Source: Spirochaetia bacterium | Lineage (GTDB): Bacteria > Spirochaetota > Spirochaetia > WTKD01 > G963693115 | DNA: 64,000 bases | NCBI GenBank assembly: GCA_965226055.1 | Contig: CBDDCA010000005.1 | Location: forward strand, 544,001 to 608,000 | Direction of reading: 5' to 3' | Shown: in pieces, positions 21,654-31,311 of the stretch | Position numbering within the stretch: position 1 is the first letter of the stretch | Layout of the letters: the number at the start of each line of letters is the position of its first letter | Notes under the pieces: generated by a model | The model's database searches: none | What the model was told of the DNA's origin: nothing | The model's input: only the letters and a program-made list of their open reading frames with translations | Position numbers and translations under genes: made by a program

Positions 21654-21681
21654 ATTATACCAAATAAGTATTTTTTGTCAA
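21654..21681 (-). promoter_or_regulatory. Putative sigma70 promoter for the lipoprotein pair
   Basis: TTGACA-16 nt-TATAAT with TG extension (TGGTATAAT). Confidence 0.65.
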
Positions 21682-21752
21682 TATAAATTCAATATAAATT
21701 ATAGTTTTTTTAAGTTTTACCATCTCGCATAATCCCTACTCTCGTATACATA

Positions 21753-22850
21753 TTAACAAAAACATACGGGCTTTCTTATCCCTGTATACTTTTGTTCTAG
21801 TATGATAGTATCGCCCTGTATTGAAAATAGAGCTACTGTATCATCATCCTGATGAGCTACAACAAGTACTGTATAGGTATTATTTTCATCTTGATATATC
21901 TTAAAATGTCTCGGAGTCTTGCCTTCAACAGAGACTGTGCGTACAAAATTCAATGTAGTATCCTTTTCTACTCTGTATATTGAGAGAGAATCATCCCCAC
22001 GGTTTGCCATATACACATACCCATCATGATATGCAATTTCTGATGCAGAAGTTCTTGGATACGGAAACTCTTCATGAGAAAACGTTTTTACATCTTGGGT
22101 AAAACGCAATGTTGCATCACTATGAGAGGCTTCATATGCGTACACACTCACAGATGAGGATAATTCACATGATACATACAGATATGTTCCTGTAGTATCC
22201 CATGCCATATGTCTTGGACCATTTCCTTTTGGTACTGCTATTGTATGTACAAACGTGAGTGGGGGCTCATTACTCAATGATGTGCGTATCCTATATTGAT
22301 AGATACAATCACATCCTAAATCACTTACAAAAAGATATTTTCCATCTTTAGAACTTATCGATGCATGTATGTGTGGCTTTTCTTGACGTTCAGGGTGTAC
22401 GCTACTTCCTGTGTAAGAGACTGTCTGCACAAGGCTTTGTACTTTGCCTTTTTCATTTAATGAAAATACTGATATATTTCCATTGTTACGAGGACTAACT
22501 GCACTTCCATAATGAGAGACAAAAAGATATCTTTCATTGTTTGATAACGATATATGACAGGCATTGTCTCCTTCTGTTGAAAATACTGAATGTGTCACAT
22601 ATTGTTCTTTTTCTTTTTTAAGGCATACAATAGCACTGTATGTTTCATGTTCATCCATAGACATTTCATTTACTGTATACAAGTATTCTTTCGTACTATG
22701 TTGTATGAGAAACGATGGGTTTTTTCCTGCTTTTATAGACAATGTAAATGATACATTTTTTTGCTGTACATCAAGCTCTCCTTTATAGACAGAGCATGAT
22801 CCTTTATCTATATAGGTTCCTATAAATATCTCTTTTACAATATGTTGCAT
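21753..22850 (-). CDS. Lactonase family beta-propeller (6-phosphogluconolactonase-like)
   Basis: IGTY, NPSFL, ERQEKPHIH, SDLGCD, GPRHM, ANRGDD, PRHF. Confidence 0.88.
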   Translation of the reverse strand: MQHIVKEIFIGTYIDKGSCSVYKGELDVQQKNVSFTLSIKAGKNPSFLIQHSTKEYLYTVNEMSMDEHETYSAIVCLKKEKEQYVTHSVFSTEGDNACHISLSNNERYLFVSHYGSAVSPRNNGNISVFSLNEKGKVQSLVQTVSYTGSSVHPERQEKPHIHASISSKDGKYLFVSDLGCDCIYQYRIRTSLSNEPPLTFVHTIAVPKGNGPRHMAWDTTGTYLYVSCELSSSVSVYAYEASHSDATLRFTQDVKTFSHEEFPYPRTSASEIAYHDGYVYMANRGDDSLSIYRVEKDTTLNFVRTVSVEGKTPRHFKIYQDENNTYTVLVVAHQDDDTVALFSIQGDTIILEQKYTGIRKPVCFC

Positions 22851-22890
22851 ACTACTTATCTCTTGATGTGTTACATATTACTATACACTT

Positions 22891-23724
22891 TCATTGCGTA
22901 CCCTGAGATAATAAACGGTCTTTCATAGATTGCATAGCAGGAGTGATACCATAGGGTAACAATCCTTTAGAAAGCCCTCCATCTATATACATTGTTTCCC
23001 CTGTCATATACGAAGACATATCAGACGCTAAATATACACAGGTTGAAAACACTTCTTTTACATCGCCTATTTTTCCACTTCCTATCCAAGAACAAAGCTT
23101 TCCGTACCCAATCTCTTCTATTGTAGGCTTATTCATATCAGTCAAAATCGCTCCTGGAGCAACTGCATTTACCCGTATGGTATATGGAGCCCATTCCATT
23201 GCCAAGACCTTAGTAAACATATGCATAGCGGCCTTTGACATACAGTATGCTATATTATTAGAATACGGAAGTAATTGATGTACCGATGAAATATTTATAA
23301 CTGAAGCAGCAGCATTTTTCTCTATAATAGGAAATAGTCCTTTGGCAAGCTGAAGAGGACTTCTTACATTGACATGCTGCACTTTGTCATAGTCTTCCAT
23401 AGCCAATTCTTCACATGGACTCATTGCATCAATACCTGCATTGTTAATTAAAACATGCAGAGTAATATCCATAGCAAGAAGCTCTGCTATGATATACTCT
23501 ACTTCTTCATGTACAGAAAGATCTGCCACGATAAAAGGACATCCAAGCTCTTCTGCAAGTTCTTGTACTAACTGTGGTTCTTTTCCATGTATGATAACAT
23601 TTGCTCCTAGCTCAGTAAAGCCTTTTGCTAGTGCTTTGCCTATTCCTTTTGATGAGCCAGTTATAAAGATATTCTTATTCTTAAAATGCACAGAAAACAC
23701 ATTTTTTTCTATTGTATAATTCAT
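22891..23724 (-). CDS. SDR family oxidoreductase (glucose-1-dehydrogenase-like)
   Basis: TGSSKGIG, NNAG, NISSVH, YCMSK, APGAILT. Confidence 0.9.
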   Translation of the reverse strand: MNYTIEKNVFSVHFKNKNIFITGSSKGIGKALAKGFTELGANVIIHGKEPQLVQELAEELGCPFIVADLSVHEEVEYIIAELLAMDITLHVLINNAGIDAMSPCEELAMEDYDKVQHVNVRSPLQLAKGLFPIIEKNAAASVINISSVHQLLPYSNNIAYCMSKAAMHMFTKVLAMEWAPYTIRVNAVAPGAILTDMNKPTIEEIGYGKLCSWIGSGKIGDVKEVFSTCVYLASDMSSYMTGETMYIDGGLSKGLLPYGITPAMQSMKDRLLSQGTQ

Positions 23725-23746
23725 ATTACATTCCTTTCTTTCTATT

Positions 23747-24715
23747 TTACGAAATTACTGCTTTTCTATTTATTTCGTTTAGTAACACTGCAATTAAAAT
23801 AATAGAGCCACGCACAACATATTGCCAGTATTCATTGATATTGAGTAATGTCATTCCATTAAACATCACTCCCAGAAACAATACTCCTATAAAAGTACCC
23901 CATACTTTTCCTACACCACCAAACAAACTCGTACCTCCAATAATAACGGAAGCAATAACATCCAGCTCCCATCCTCGTGCTGTTCCTGCATTTCCAGACA
24001 AAATTTGTGAGCTTACAAGAATGCCACTAAATGCTGCAAGTGTCGAAGTGATAACAAATATCTGCGTTTTTATCTTCCATATCTTTATCCCTGAAACACG
24101 TGCAGATTTAATATTACCTCCCACTGCATATATAGATCGTCCAAACACGGTGTAATTCAACAGAAAATGAATAATAATAAGTATTACTATAAATATAATT
24201 GCAGGAAACGGCACTCCCAATACACGACCACTTCCTAAAAATCCAAACCAATGCGGGTATGGAGCAATAGGAAACCCTCCTGTAACTAAATTTGCAAAAC
24301 CAAAAAGAATGGTCAATAACGCTAGTGAAATAATAAATGACGGTATATTATATTTCTTTCTTATGTACCCCATAAATAACCCTTGTAGGACACCAAAGAG
24401 CAGTACAATGGCAATGGCAAGTACTACCGAAAAAACATCTCCAAGCACATCTCTTGTCATCTGTACAATAAATGCACATAAGCAACCTGCAAAAGCAACC
24501 ACAGAGCCAATGGAAAGATCAATTTCTCCCGATATGATTACCATAGTCATGCCAAATGCTATTATGCCCTGTGTTGAAACATTTCGTAATACATTAAAAA
24601 AGTTCCCAAAACTAAAAAAACCGGGAGCAGTAAACGATAAAAAAATAATCAATACCAATAAAATAATTTCTAAGGTAAAGTGTCTCACATGAGATACATT
24701 AAAATGCTTGTTCAT
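23747..24715 (-). CDS. Monosaccharide ABC transporter permease (RbsC-like)
   Basis: GEIDLSIGS, GRSIYAVGGN, ELDVIASVIIGGTSLFGG. Confidence 0.93.
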   Translation of the reverse strand: MNKHFNVSHVRHFTLEIILLVLIIFLSFTAPGFFSFGNFFNVLRNVSTQGIIAFGMTMVIISGEIDLSIGSVVAFAGCLCAFIVQMTRDVLGDVFSVVLAIAIVLLFGVLQGLFMGYIRKKYNIPSFIISLALLTILFGFANLVTGGFPIAPYPHWFGFLGSGRVLGVPFPAIIFIVILIIIHFLLNYTVFGRSIYAVGGNIKSARVSGIKIWKIKTQIFVITSTLAAFSGILVSSQILSGNAGTARGWELDVIASVIIGGTSLFGGVGKVWGTFIGVLFLGVMFNGMTLLNINEYWQYVVRGSIILIAVLLNEINRKAVIS

Positions 24716-24725
24716 ATATTCCTCT

Positions 24726-26252
24726 TTAATTTGTCATACATTTTTCATATAATTGATTGATAGTAATATCACCTGGATACACTTCTTCTGATATTACCCC
24801 ATCTCGCAACACTAATATTCTATCGCATACTTCATGAAGTTCCTCTAATTCTGAAGATACCATAATAGTGGACACTCCTTTCTTTTTTTGTTCCCATATA
24901 ATAGAAAATATCTGCTGTTTCGCTTCTACATCTATGCCTCGTGATGGTTCATCAAAAAGCATAATACGTGGTTCTGCATTAAGCCAATTTCCTACCACAA
25001 CTTTTTGTTGGTTTCCTCCACTCAATGTAGATACAGGATACTCGCTACTTGATAATTTTATCGACAGTGTAGTGATTTGATTTAAAACAAAGGGTTGTTC
25101 TCTTTTTTTTGTTATGAAATATTTTTTATATGATATTTTGTCTTCCATAGCGGCATGAATAAGATTTCTATGCGAACTTAAAAGCTGTACAAGACCTTCT
25201 TCTTTTCTGTCTTCTGATACAAAACTTAGCCCTAGCTGTTTCATGTAAGCAGGGCTAATATTGTTTCTTTCTTCTCCAAATACTGTGATTGTTCCTGAAT
25301 GAAAGGTATCTAGCCCATAAATGCTTCGCATAATTTCAGTCCTTCCTGATCCTAGTAATCCTGCAATGCCTAGCACCTCACTATCATACAAAGAAAAGCT
25401 CACTCCTTTCAATATGGGATATCGTACCATATCTTTGACTTTCAATACAATTTTTTTGTTTGTACTATTGTTTTCAATATGGTTTGTATCATGCACAGAA
25501 AGTCTTTCTTTTGTTAAAGCAGTTACTTTTCCAAACATCATTTTCAAAACTTCTTTGTGTGTCGCTTGTTTTATAGAAAGCGATCCTATGAAATCTCCGT
25601 CACGCAATACATTTACTGTGTCTGCTATTTGTGATAATTCCTGTAATCTATGAGAAATATAAATCATAGTTACTCCATGAGTTTTTAAGTTTTTCATGAT
25701 AGAAAAAAGTTTATCTACTTCTTGCAACGCTAAGGCACTTGTTGGTTCATCTAAAATAAGCAATGAAGGATTATGCACAAGTGCTTTTGCTATTTCTACT
25801 TGCTGTTTCTGTCCTATACTGAGCGAAGAAACTACTGCTCTTGGCGGTATGTGTATCCCAATTTTGTCCAGTATACTTGATGCGGCTGACTCTGTTGCTT
25901 TCCAATCTATCGTACCCCAAAACTTTTTTACCTTAAAATCACCTAAAAAAATATTTTCAGCCACCGTTAATGATGAAACAAGACTCAACTCCTGATGTAC
26001 TACCGATATTCCTTGTTTTTGAGCTTCTTGCGGTGTCTTAAAATACACTTCTTTCCCTTGCAAATAAAGAGAGCCACCTGTTGCTTCAGTAATGCCTGCT
26101 ATAATATTTGCAAAGGTGCTTTTTCCTGAACCATTTTTTCCGAGCAAAGCATGTATTTTGCCTTGCTCAAAACTACAACTAATGGTATTTAAGGCTACCG
26201 TTCCAGGATACTCTTTTCTTATGTTTGTTACTGCTAAAAAAGTATCACTCAT
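24726..26252 (-). CDS. Monosaccharide ABC transporter ATPase (RbsA-like)
   Basis: GKNGSGKST, LDEPT, EDRK, LSGGNQQKV; two NBDs. Confidence 0.95.
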   Translation of the reverse strand: MSDTFLAVTNIRKEYPGTVALNTISCSFEQGKIHALLGKNGSGKSTFANIIAGITEATGGSLYLQGKEVYFKTPQEAQKQGISVVHQELSLVSSLTVAENIFLGDFKVKKFWGTIDWKATESAASSILDKIGIHIPPRAVVSSLSIGQKQQVEIAKALVHNPSLLILDEPTSALALQEVDKLFSIMKNLKTHGVTMIYISHRLQELSQIADTVNVLRDGDFIGSLSIKQATHKEVLKMMFGKVTALTKERLSVHDTNHIENNSTNKKIVLKVKDMVRYPILKGVSFSLYDSEVLGIAGLLGSGRTEIMRSIYGLDTFHSGTITVFGEERNNISPAYMKQLGLSFVSEDRKEEGLVQLLSSHRNLIHAAMEDKISYKKYFITKKREQPFVLNQITTLSIKLSSSEYPVSTLSGGNQQKVVVGNWLNAEPRIMLFDEPSRGIDVEAKQQIFSIIWEQKKKGVSTIMVSSELEELHEVCDRILVLRDGVISEEVYPGDITINQLYEKCMTN

Positions 26253-26255
26253 ATA

Positions 26256-27224
26256 CTATTGATATGATTGTAAGTCTGCCTGATATTGTTTTATTCCTGC
26301 TGGATCATCTCTTGAAAGCAAGTAAGGAGCAACCTCAATTTTCTCTTCCACTGGTTCTCCACTTAGACTCTTAATTGCTGTTTCTGCTGCTATTTTTCCA
26401 ATAGTAAACGCATCCTGTGCTACAGAAAATTGTAACACATTATCTTCTGCAAGCAACATTTGAGCAACTTGATCACTTCCTGCAACTCCAAATACAAATA
26501 CTTTCCCCTCTAGTCCTGCATTCCTTACTGCTTGTACTGCCCCTATCAGCCCCCCATCGTTTGCTGCTCCAATAATATTGATATTTGGATTAGCGGTTAG
26601 CATATCACCTACTACTCGCACTGCCATTTCTGCAAGCCAAGCATCCTGTTCTGCTACTAAATCATAGTTTTGCATATCTTTAATTTGATCCAAGAAACCA
26701 CTTGTTCTCGCTTCTGCAGACTCTGCTAACTGTGATCGATAACTTACAGTTGCAACATATAGCTCTTGTCCTGCCATATTTTTTTCTATAAACTCTCGTG
26801 CTGCTACCCCACTTGCTTTTCCTACACTTGGATCACTTGTACCTACATGGGATACAGCAGGCACTCCTGCATAGGTATTAAAATATACAATTTTGATACC
26901 TGCATCAGCTGCCCTTTGTAATGCTGCATCTGATGTTCCTTCATTTCCAATAGGGGTAATAACAATAGCATCCACCTTTCTTGCAATATAGGTATCAATA
27001 AGACTTGCTTCCTTGTCAATTTTATTGTCAGAATTACCTAGTAATACCGTCACATTATGTTCTTTCCCTGCTGCCTGCATTCCTAACTGTACTGTCTTCA
27101 TAAACAAATCGTTTTGAAAAACAATACCTGCAATCGTAAAAGAATCATCATCTCCTCCTCCTCTTGCAAAACCACTTATAGCTACTATGATCATAAAACA
27201 TACAATCAATACATTCTTTTTCAT
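26256..27224 (-). CDS. Sugar ABC transporter substrate-binding protein (RbsB-like)
   Basis: Start re-called at ATG 27224 (GGAGG RBS); spirochaete-style signal ...GFARGGG; type I periplasmic binding motifs (DAIVITP, AANDGG). Confidence 0.9.
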   Translation of the reverse strand: MKKNVLIVCFMIIVAISGFARGGGDDDSFTIAGIVFQNDLFMKTVQLGMQAAGKEHNVTVLLGNSDNKIDKEASLIDTYIARKVDAIVITPIGNEGTSDAALQRAADAGIKIVYFNTYAGVPAVSHVGTSDPSVGKASGVAAREFIEKNMAGQELYVATVSYRSQLAESAEARTSGFLDQIKDMQNYDLVAEQDAWLAEMAVRVVGDMLTANPNINIIGAANDGGLIGAVQAVRNAGLEGKVFVFGVAGSDQVAQMLLAEDNVLQFSVAQDAFTIGKIAAETAIKSLSGEPVEEKIEVAPYLLSRDDPAGIKQYQADLQSYQ

Positions 27225-27264
27225 ATTTACCTCCAATAAATACTTTAATATGTTATTTAATAAT

Positions 27265-27293
27265 AGTATAAGAGAATTACATATACATGTCAA
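27265..27293 (-). promoter_or_regulatory. Putative sigma70 promoter of the ABC/SDR/lactonase operon
   Basis: TTGACA-17 nt-TATACT; -35 overlapped by inverted repeat CATGT-caa-ACATG. Confidence 0.7.
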
Positions 27294-27474
27294 ACATGCT
27301 CATCCGCAATGAGTAATATGCACATGAGTATATAAAGTTATTTTTTATTGTAAGCATACCTGTATCCCTTTACTTTTTTAGAGCTTTACCAAGGATATAT
27401 ACAAAATAGTAAAACTACATCCTCTTACTTTTTTATATTTACATTCAATCTATAATATCCTATACTATTAAAGC

Positions 27475-28158
27475 ATGGAACGAATAGAAAATATCAACTA
27501 TAATGATGCACTTATATTAAAAATAGGTAGATTTTTAATATATTATATTATATATAATATTCCAGTACTAGTATTAAAATTAAATATATTAGAACCTTTT
27601 ATAATTAACGCAAAATATTCTGCAGGGATTATTTTAATGATAGGAATATTTATTATATCGATTCTTTATTCTCTATATTTTTTTATAAAAGAAACGATAG
27701 CTAAAGGTGCAAAAATTATTAAAATAATACTTTCAATAATTTTGGTAATAATTTTATTAATGATTTTTTTTGCAACTGCTTTGATACCTGTAGTGGGCTG
27801 GATTATCTCAATACTCCCAGCTATATTGCTTATCATTAAAATTATTAAACTATTTCAAAATTTTATAAATATCATTACAATGTTACCTTATGTAGTTTTA
27901 TCTATATTGTTATATTTTTGTTTACTTTTACAAGATATACATAATATAAACACAGATTGGCCTATAACAACTGTTGCATTAGTTAGTTTAGCTATATATG
28001 AATTTATATCCTTGATAATCTCAATTAAATTTAGTAAATATTCTTTAAAATATGGATTTCTTAGAATAAGTTTTATTAATATAGTTTCCATAATTATTGT
28101 AATTCAGTTAATTAAACTCATTTTTAGTTTTATAAAACCTTGGGAAAATGCCTCTTAA
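27475..28158 (+). CDS. Hypothetical multi-pass membrane protein, very AT-rich
   Basis: 227 aa, about 6 Ile/Leu-rich hydrophobic segments, IPVVGW motif; no family recognised. Confidence 0.65.
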   Translation: MERIENINYNDALILKIGRFLIYYIIYNIPVLVLKLNILEPFIINAKYSAGIILMIGIFIISILYSLYFFIKETIAKGAKIIKIILSIILVIILLMIFFATALIPVVGWIISILPAILLIIKIIKLFQNFINIITMLPYVVLSILLYFCLLLQDIHNINTDWPITTVALVSLAIYEFISLIISIKFSKYSLKYGFLRISFINIVSIIIVIQLIKLIFSFIKPWENAS

Positions 28159-28348
28159 TTACTAACCGAATAATAAATACCAATAATTTTCTTTTACTAT
28201 CAATGATTACTTATAAGTAAAAAAGACAACAGCAAAAACAAAAATTAGCTTGGCATACACTATCTTTTTCTCACTTACTCCTGAAGTTTTATAAAACAAT
28301 ACTGCTTTATTGCTATTTTAAGGCCATACTACTACTATAAGTATAGGC

Positions 28349-29437
28349 TTGTATATGAATATAGGATTTGGATTATATTATCACATGTTACATGATACAT
28401 ACTTTAAGTTTGCAAAACAATGCGGAGCTACTCACATTGTAGTGCATCTTACCGATTATTTTTATCAAGGTACGCAACAAGATGATAATCAACCTGTTGG
28501 CAATAACGATGGATGGGGAACAGGAGGTAGTAATCCACATGTATGGGAATACGAATATTTAGTAGCACTAAAAGAAACGCTTGCTCGTTATGACTTACAG
28601 CTAGAAGCAATAGAGAATTTCGATCCTGTTGATTGGTATGCTGTACTTTTAGATTTACCGCAAAAACATACACAGATGGATCGTCTCAAGCAGATTATTA
28701 GAAATGTAGGAAAAGCAAGCATTCCTCTCTTTGGATACAACTTTAGCTTAGCAGGAGTGAGTAGTAGATACATACAAGATATAGCAAGAGGGGGGGCAAA
28801 GAGCGTAGGAATGAATAGCATAGATGACTCTCCTATCCCAAAAGGAATGATATGGAATATGATATATGATAGGCAAGCGTTAGGCACTGGGTATCATCCT
28901 CGTATAGAACAAGAGGAGTTATGGGAACGACTAACCTGGTTTCTCAACGAGCTTGTCCCTGTAGCAGAAGAGAGCAATGTATGTCTTGCGGCACATCCAG
29001 ATGATCCTCCCGTAGAACGAGTGCGACAGCAACCACGTTTGGTGCATAAAGCAGGGCAATATCAGCGTTTGCTTGATATAAAGAAAAGTGCTAGTAATAT
29101 ACTAGAGTGTTGTTTAGGAACATTACAGGAAATGTCAGATATGCGTGACAGATCAGGAAAGCAGAGAGAGATATACTATTGGATAGAACATTATGTTTCA
29201 CAAAATGCAATAGGCTATATACATTTTAGAAATGTAAAAGGAAAAGCCCCTCACTATGTAGAAACTTTTATTGATGAAGGTGATATTGATATGAGAAAGA
29301 TATTATCAATATTAAGACAATATAATTATAATGGGATACTTATTCCAGATCATACTCCACAGATGACCTGTGATGCTCCGTGGCATGCAGGCATGGCATA
29401 TGCAGTAGGGTATATCAAGGCTTTGTTAGAAGCATAG
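28349..29437 (+). CDS. Mannonate dehydratase (UxuA)-family protein
   Basis: [49 protein letters not shown]. Confidence 0.88.
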   Translation: MYMNIGFGLYYHMLHDTYFKFAKQCGATHIVVHLTDYFYQGTQQDDNQPVGNNDGWGTGGSNPHVWEYEYLVALKETLARYDLQLEAIENFDPVDWYAVLLDLPQKHTQMDRLKQIIRNVGKASIPLFGYNFSLAGVSSRYIQDIARGGAKSVGMNSIDDSPIPKGMIWNMIYDRQALGTGYHPRIEQEELWERLTWFLNELVPVAEESNVCLAAHPDDPPVERVRQQPRLVHKAGQYQRLLDIKKSASNILECCLGTLQEMSDMRDRSGKQREIYYWIEHYVSQNAIGYIHFRNVKGKAPHYVETFIDEGDIDMRKILSILRQYNYNGILIPDHTPQMTCDAPWHAGMAYAVGYIKALLEA

Positions 29438-29453
29438 AAAAAAAGGAGATCGT

Positions 29454-30131
29454 ATGCACAACGAAACTATTGAATGGAACAACGATACTGAACTGTTTGC
29501 ACTTATAAAGAAATATCTTTATACTCCAGTAGTAGGAGATATACTTGATACATATGAATGTTTTCATCAATTTTTACCACCAACTATTCGTCCTCTATTG
29601 CCAGAGATGAAAGTGGTAGGACGAGCTATGCCAGTACTTATGATGGATGTGTACGGAACACAAGAAAAGCCTTTCGGAAAAATGATGGAAGCACTTGATG
29701 ATATTCAAGAAGGCGAAGTTTATATTGCAAGTGGCACATATCATCGATGTGCTAACTGGGGAGAAATAATGACTGCTGCAGCTCTTGCACGTAAATCTAC
29801 AGGAGCAGTGGTATATGGGTATCACCGTGATACCCCACAAGTGCTAGAACAAAATTTTCCTGTCTTTAGCTGTGGAGCATATGCACAAGACTCATCTCCC
29901 AGAATGAAAGTAGTCGATTTTAGAGTTCCCATAGAAATGGAAGCAGTATCTATTAAAGAGGGAGATATTGTCTTTGGAGACATAGACGGAGTGCTGATTA
30001 TTCCAAAAGCATGGGAAAAGGATATCATTAGCCGTGCGCTTGAAAAAGCCCGAGCAGAAAAAGTAGTACGCAGAGAAATAGAGGAAGGCAACACAGTAGC
30101 AGCTACCTTTCATAAATACGGTATATTGTAG
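29454..30131 (+). CDS. RraA family protein (HMG/CHA aldolase-like)
   Basis: [37 protein letters not shown]. Confidence 0.88.
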   Translation: MHNETIEWNNDTELFALIKKYLYTPVVGDILDTYECFHQFLPPTIRPLLPEMKVVGRAMPVLMMDVYGTQEKPFGKMMEALDDIQEGEVYIASGTYHRCANWGEIMTAAALARKSTGAVVYGYHRDTPQVLEQNFPVFSCGAYAQDSSPRMKVVDFRVPIEMEAVSIKEGDIVFGDIDGVLIIPKAWEKDIISRALEKARAEKVVRREIEEGNTVAATFHKYGIL

Positions 30132-30188
30132 TACACTACTCAAAAAAATAGCGAGATAAAAACAATATGAATGAAAGATTATGTATTA

Positions 30189-30920
30189 TTAGGATAGAGG
30201 ATATGGGGTTTTATATGTTTTATTATCCACCTTTATCATATCAGGCATAATACTCTTCTCCATATGTATGGGCATTATTGGTTTTTGTGTTATTCTCCCT
30301 TGATATTTTTTTACTAATTCTGCATAATAACGACTCTCTTTTCCAAGACATCCCAACGGAAAAAGTACTAATACTTTTACTTTTGATTTTTCTAAAATAT
30401 TTGTAAAAACAGGATAAAAATCTGTATCATTGCTGACAATTATTATTAAATCAGGACTTTCAATGTGTAAGTCAGATATTACATTTACTCCTAGAGCGAC
30501 ATCCGTTCCTTTTTCTTCATAAGTTACAATTTTTTCATCACATTTTTTACATTTATCAATTTTTTCACCACATTTTTTACATTTAAATTGTTTTTTTTTG
30601 CGTAAGAAATTACCGTTAATCACCGTTACTTTACAGTATCTTTCCAATACTTCCATATATTGTGTATGACGCTCTTGTTGTCCTTTATCCCTATGTTTTG
30701 GAAAAGCAGTAAAAAATTTTATATTTATACAATTATACTCTTTCAAAATAAGTAAAGAAATTAATTTTGGGATATTACACCATTTTAATGTATTCTTTTC
30801 GTATTCTCTAATATGACACATACAAGATTTAGAAGCCTTATCTTTTTCATATTCACTTTTTATATAAGTTTTAAGATAATGATAAAGATTAAATCCGTCT
30901 ATATACGCAAAAGCCTTCAT
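30189..30920 (-). CDS. NYN (LabA/DUF88, PIN-fold) domain nuclease with CxxC insert
   Basis: Acidic motifs YIDGFNLY, EKGTDV and VSNDTDF intact; CKKC x2 insert. Confidence 0.9.
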   Translation of the reverse strand: MKAFAYIDGFNLYHYLKTYIKSEYEKDKASKSCMCHIREYEKNTLKWCNIPKLISLLILKEYNCINIKFFTAFPKHRDKGQQERHTQYMEVLERYCKVTVINGNFLRKKKQFKCKKCGEKIDKCKKCDEKIVTYEEKGTDVALGVNVISDLHIESPDLIIIVSNDTDFYPVFTNILEKSKVKVLVLFPLGCLGKESRYYAELVKKYQGRITQKPIMPIHMEKSIMPDMIKVDNKTYKTPYPLS

Positions 30921-30952
30921 AAAAAAAATTGCCCCGTAGCATGCTACAGGGC
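30921..30952 (-). terminator. Terminator-like hairpin plus U8 directly abutting the NYN start codon
   Basis: Minus strand GCCCTGTAG-catg-CTACGGGGC-AA-TTTTTTTT-ATG. Confidence 0.7.
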
Positions 30953-30982
30953 GATGTATTTCTCATACAACAATCTGTAATT

Positions 30983-31012
30983 ATAATACATCAATTTTAC
31001 ACTTTTTGTCAA
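30983..31012 (-). promoter_or_regulatory. Putative sigma70 promoter of the NYN locus
   Basis: TTGACA-18 nt-TATTAT (overlapping TATAAT); phased A-tracts upstream. Confidence 0.6.
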
Positions 31013-31245
31013 GCATTTTTTGGAGTTTTTTTGGAGTTTTTTTGGAATTTTATCTACTCGTATACCTCCGATATTCATGGAACAACCGCAAAAGCATATT
31101 ACAACTGGACTGATATTCTTGCAAACACACACATTGGCATTTCTTTCTGAATTATCTCATTTTTCAGTTATCCATGCCAGCCCCTATTTGTTTAGTACAT
31201 TTTTGCAGAAATTTGAGAAAAAACGCAATCTCTTTGCCTAAGATA

Positions 31246-31274
31246 TTGAAAATAATTTCATATTAGATTACAAT
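31246..31274 (+). promoter_or_regulatory. Putative promoter for the LpoB-like gene
   Basis: TTGAAA-17 nt-TACAAT, AAGGAG RBS downstream. Confidence 0.5.
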
Positions 31275-31311
31275 ACTAAATGTAAATTGATAAAAATAAC
31301 AAGGAGAAATT

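Noticed and set aside
27225-27293. N-terminal extension of the binding protein in the ORF track
   Set aside because: The TTG start is the -35 box; the real start is ATG 27224 with a GGAGG RBS.
30944-31241. Small ORFs upstream of NYN as a protein antitoxin
   Set aside because: Low-complexity translations spanning promoter, A-tract repeats and hairpin; no clear RBS or antitoxin fold.
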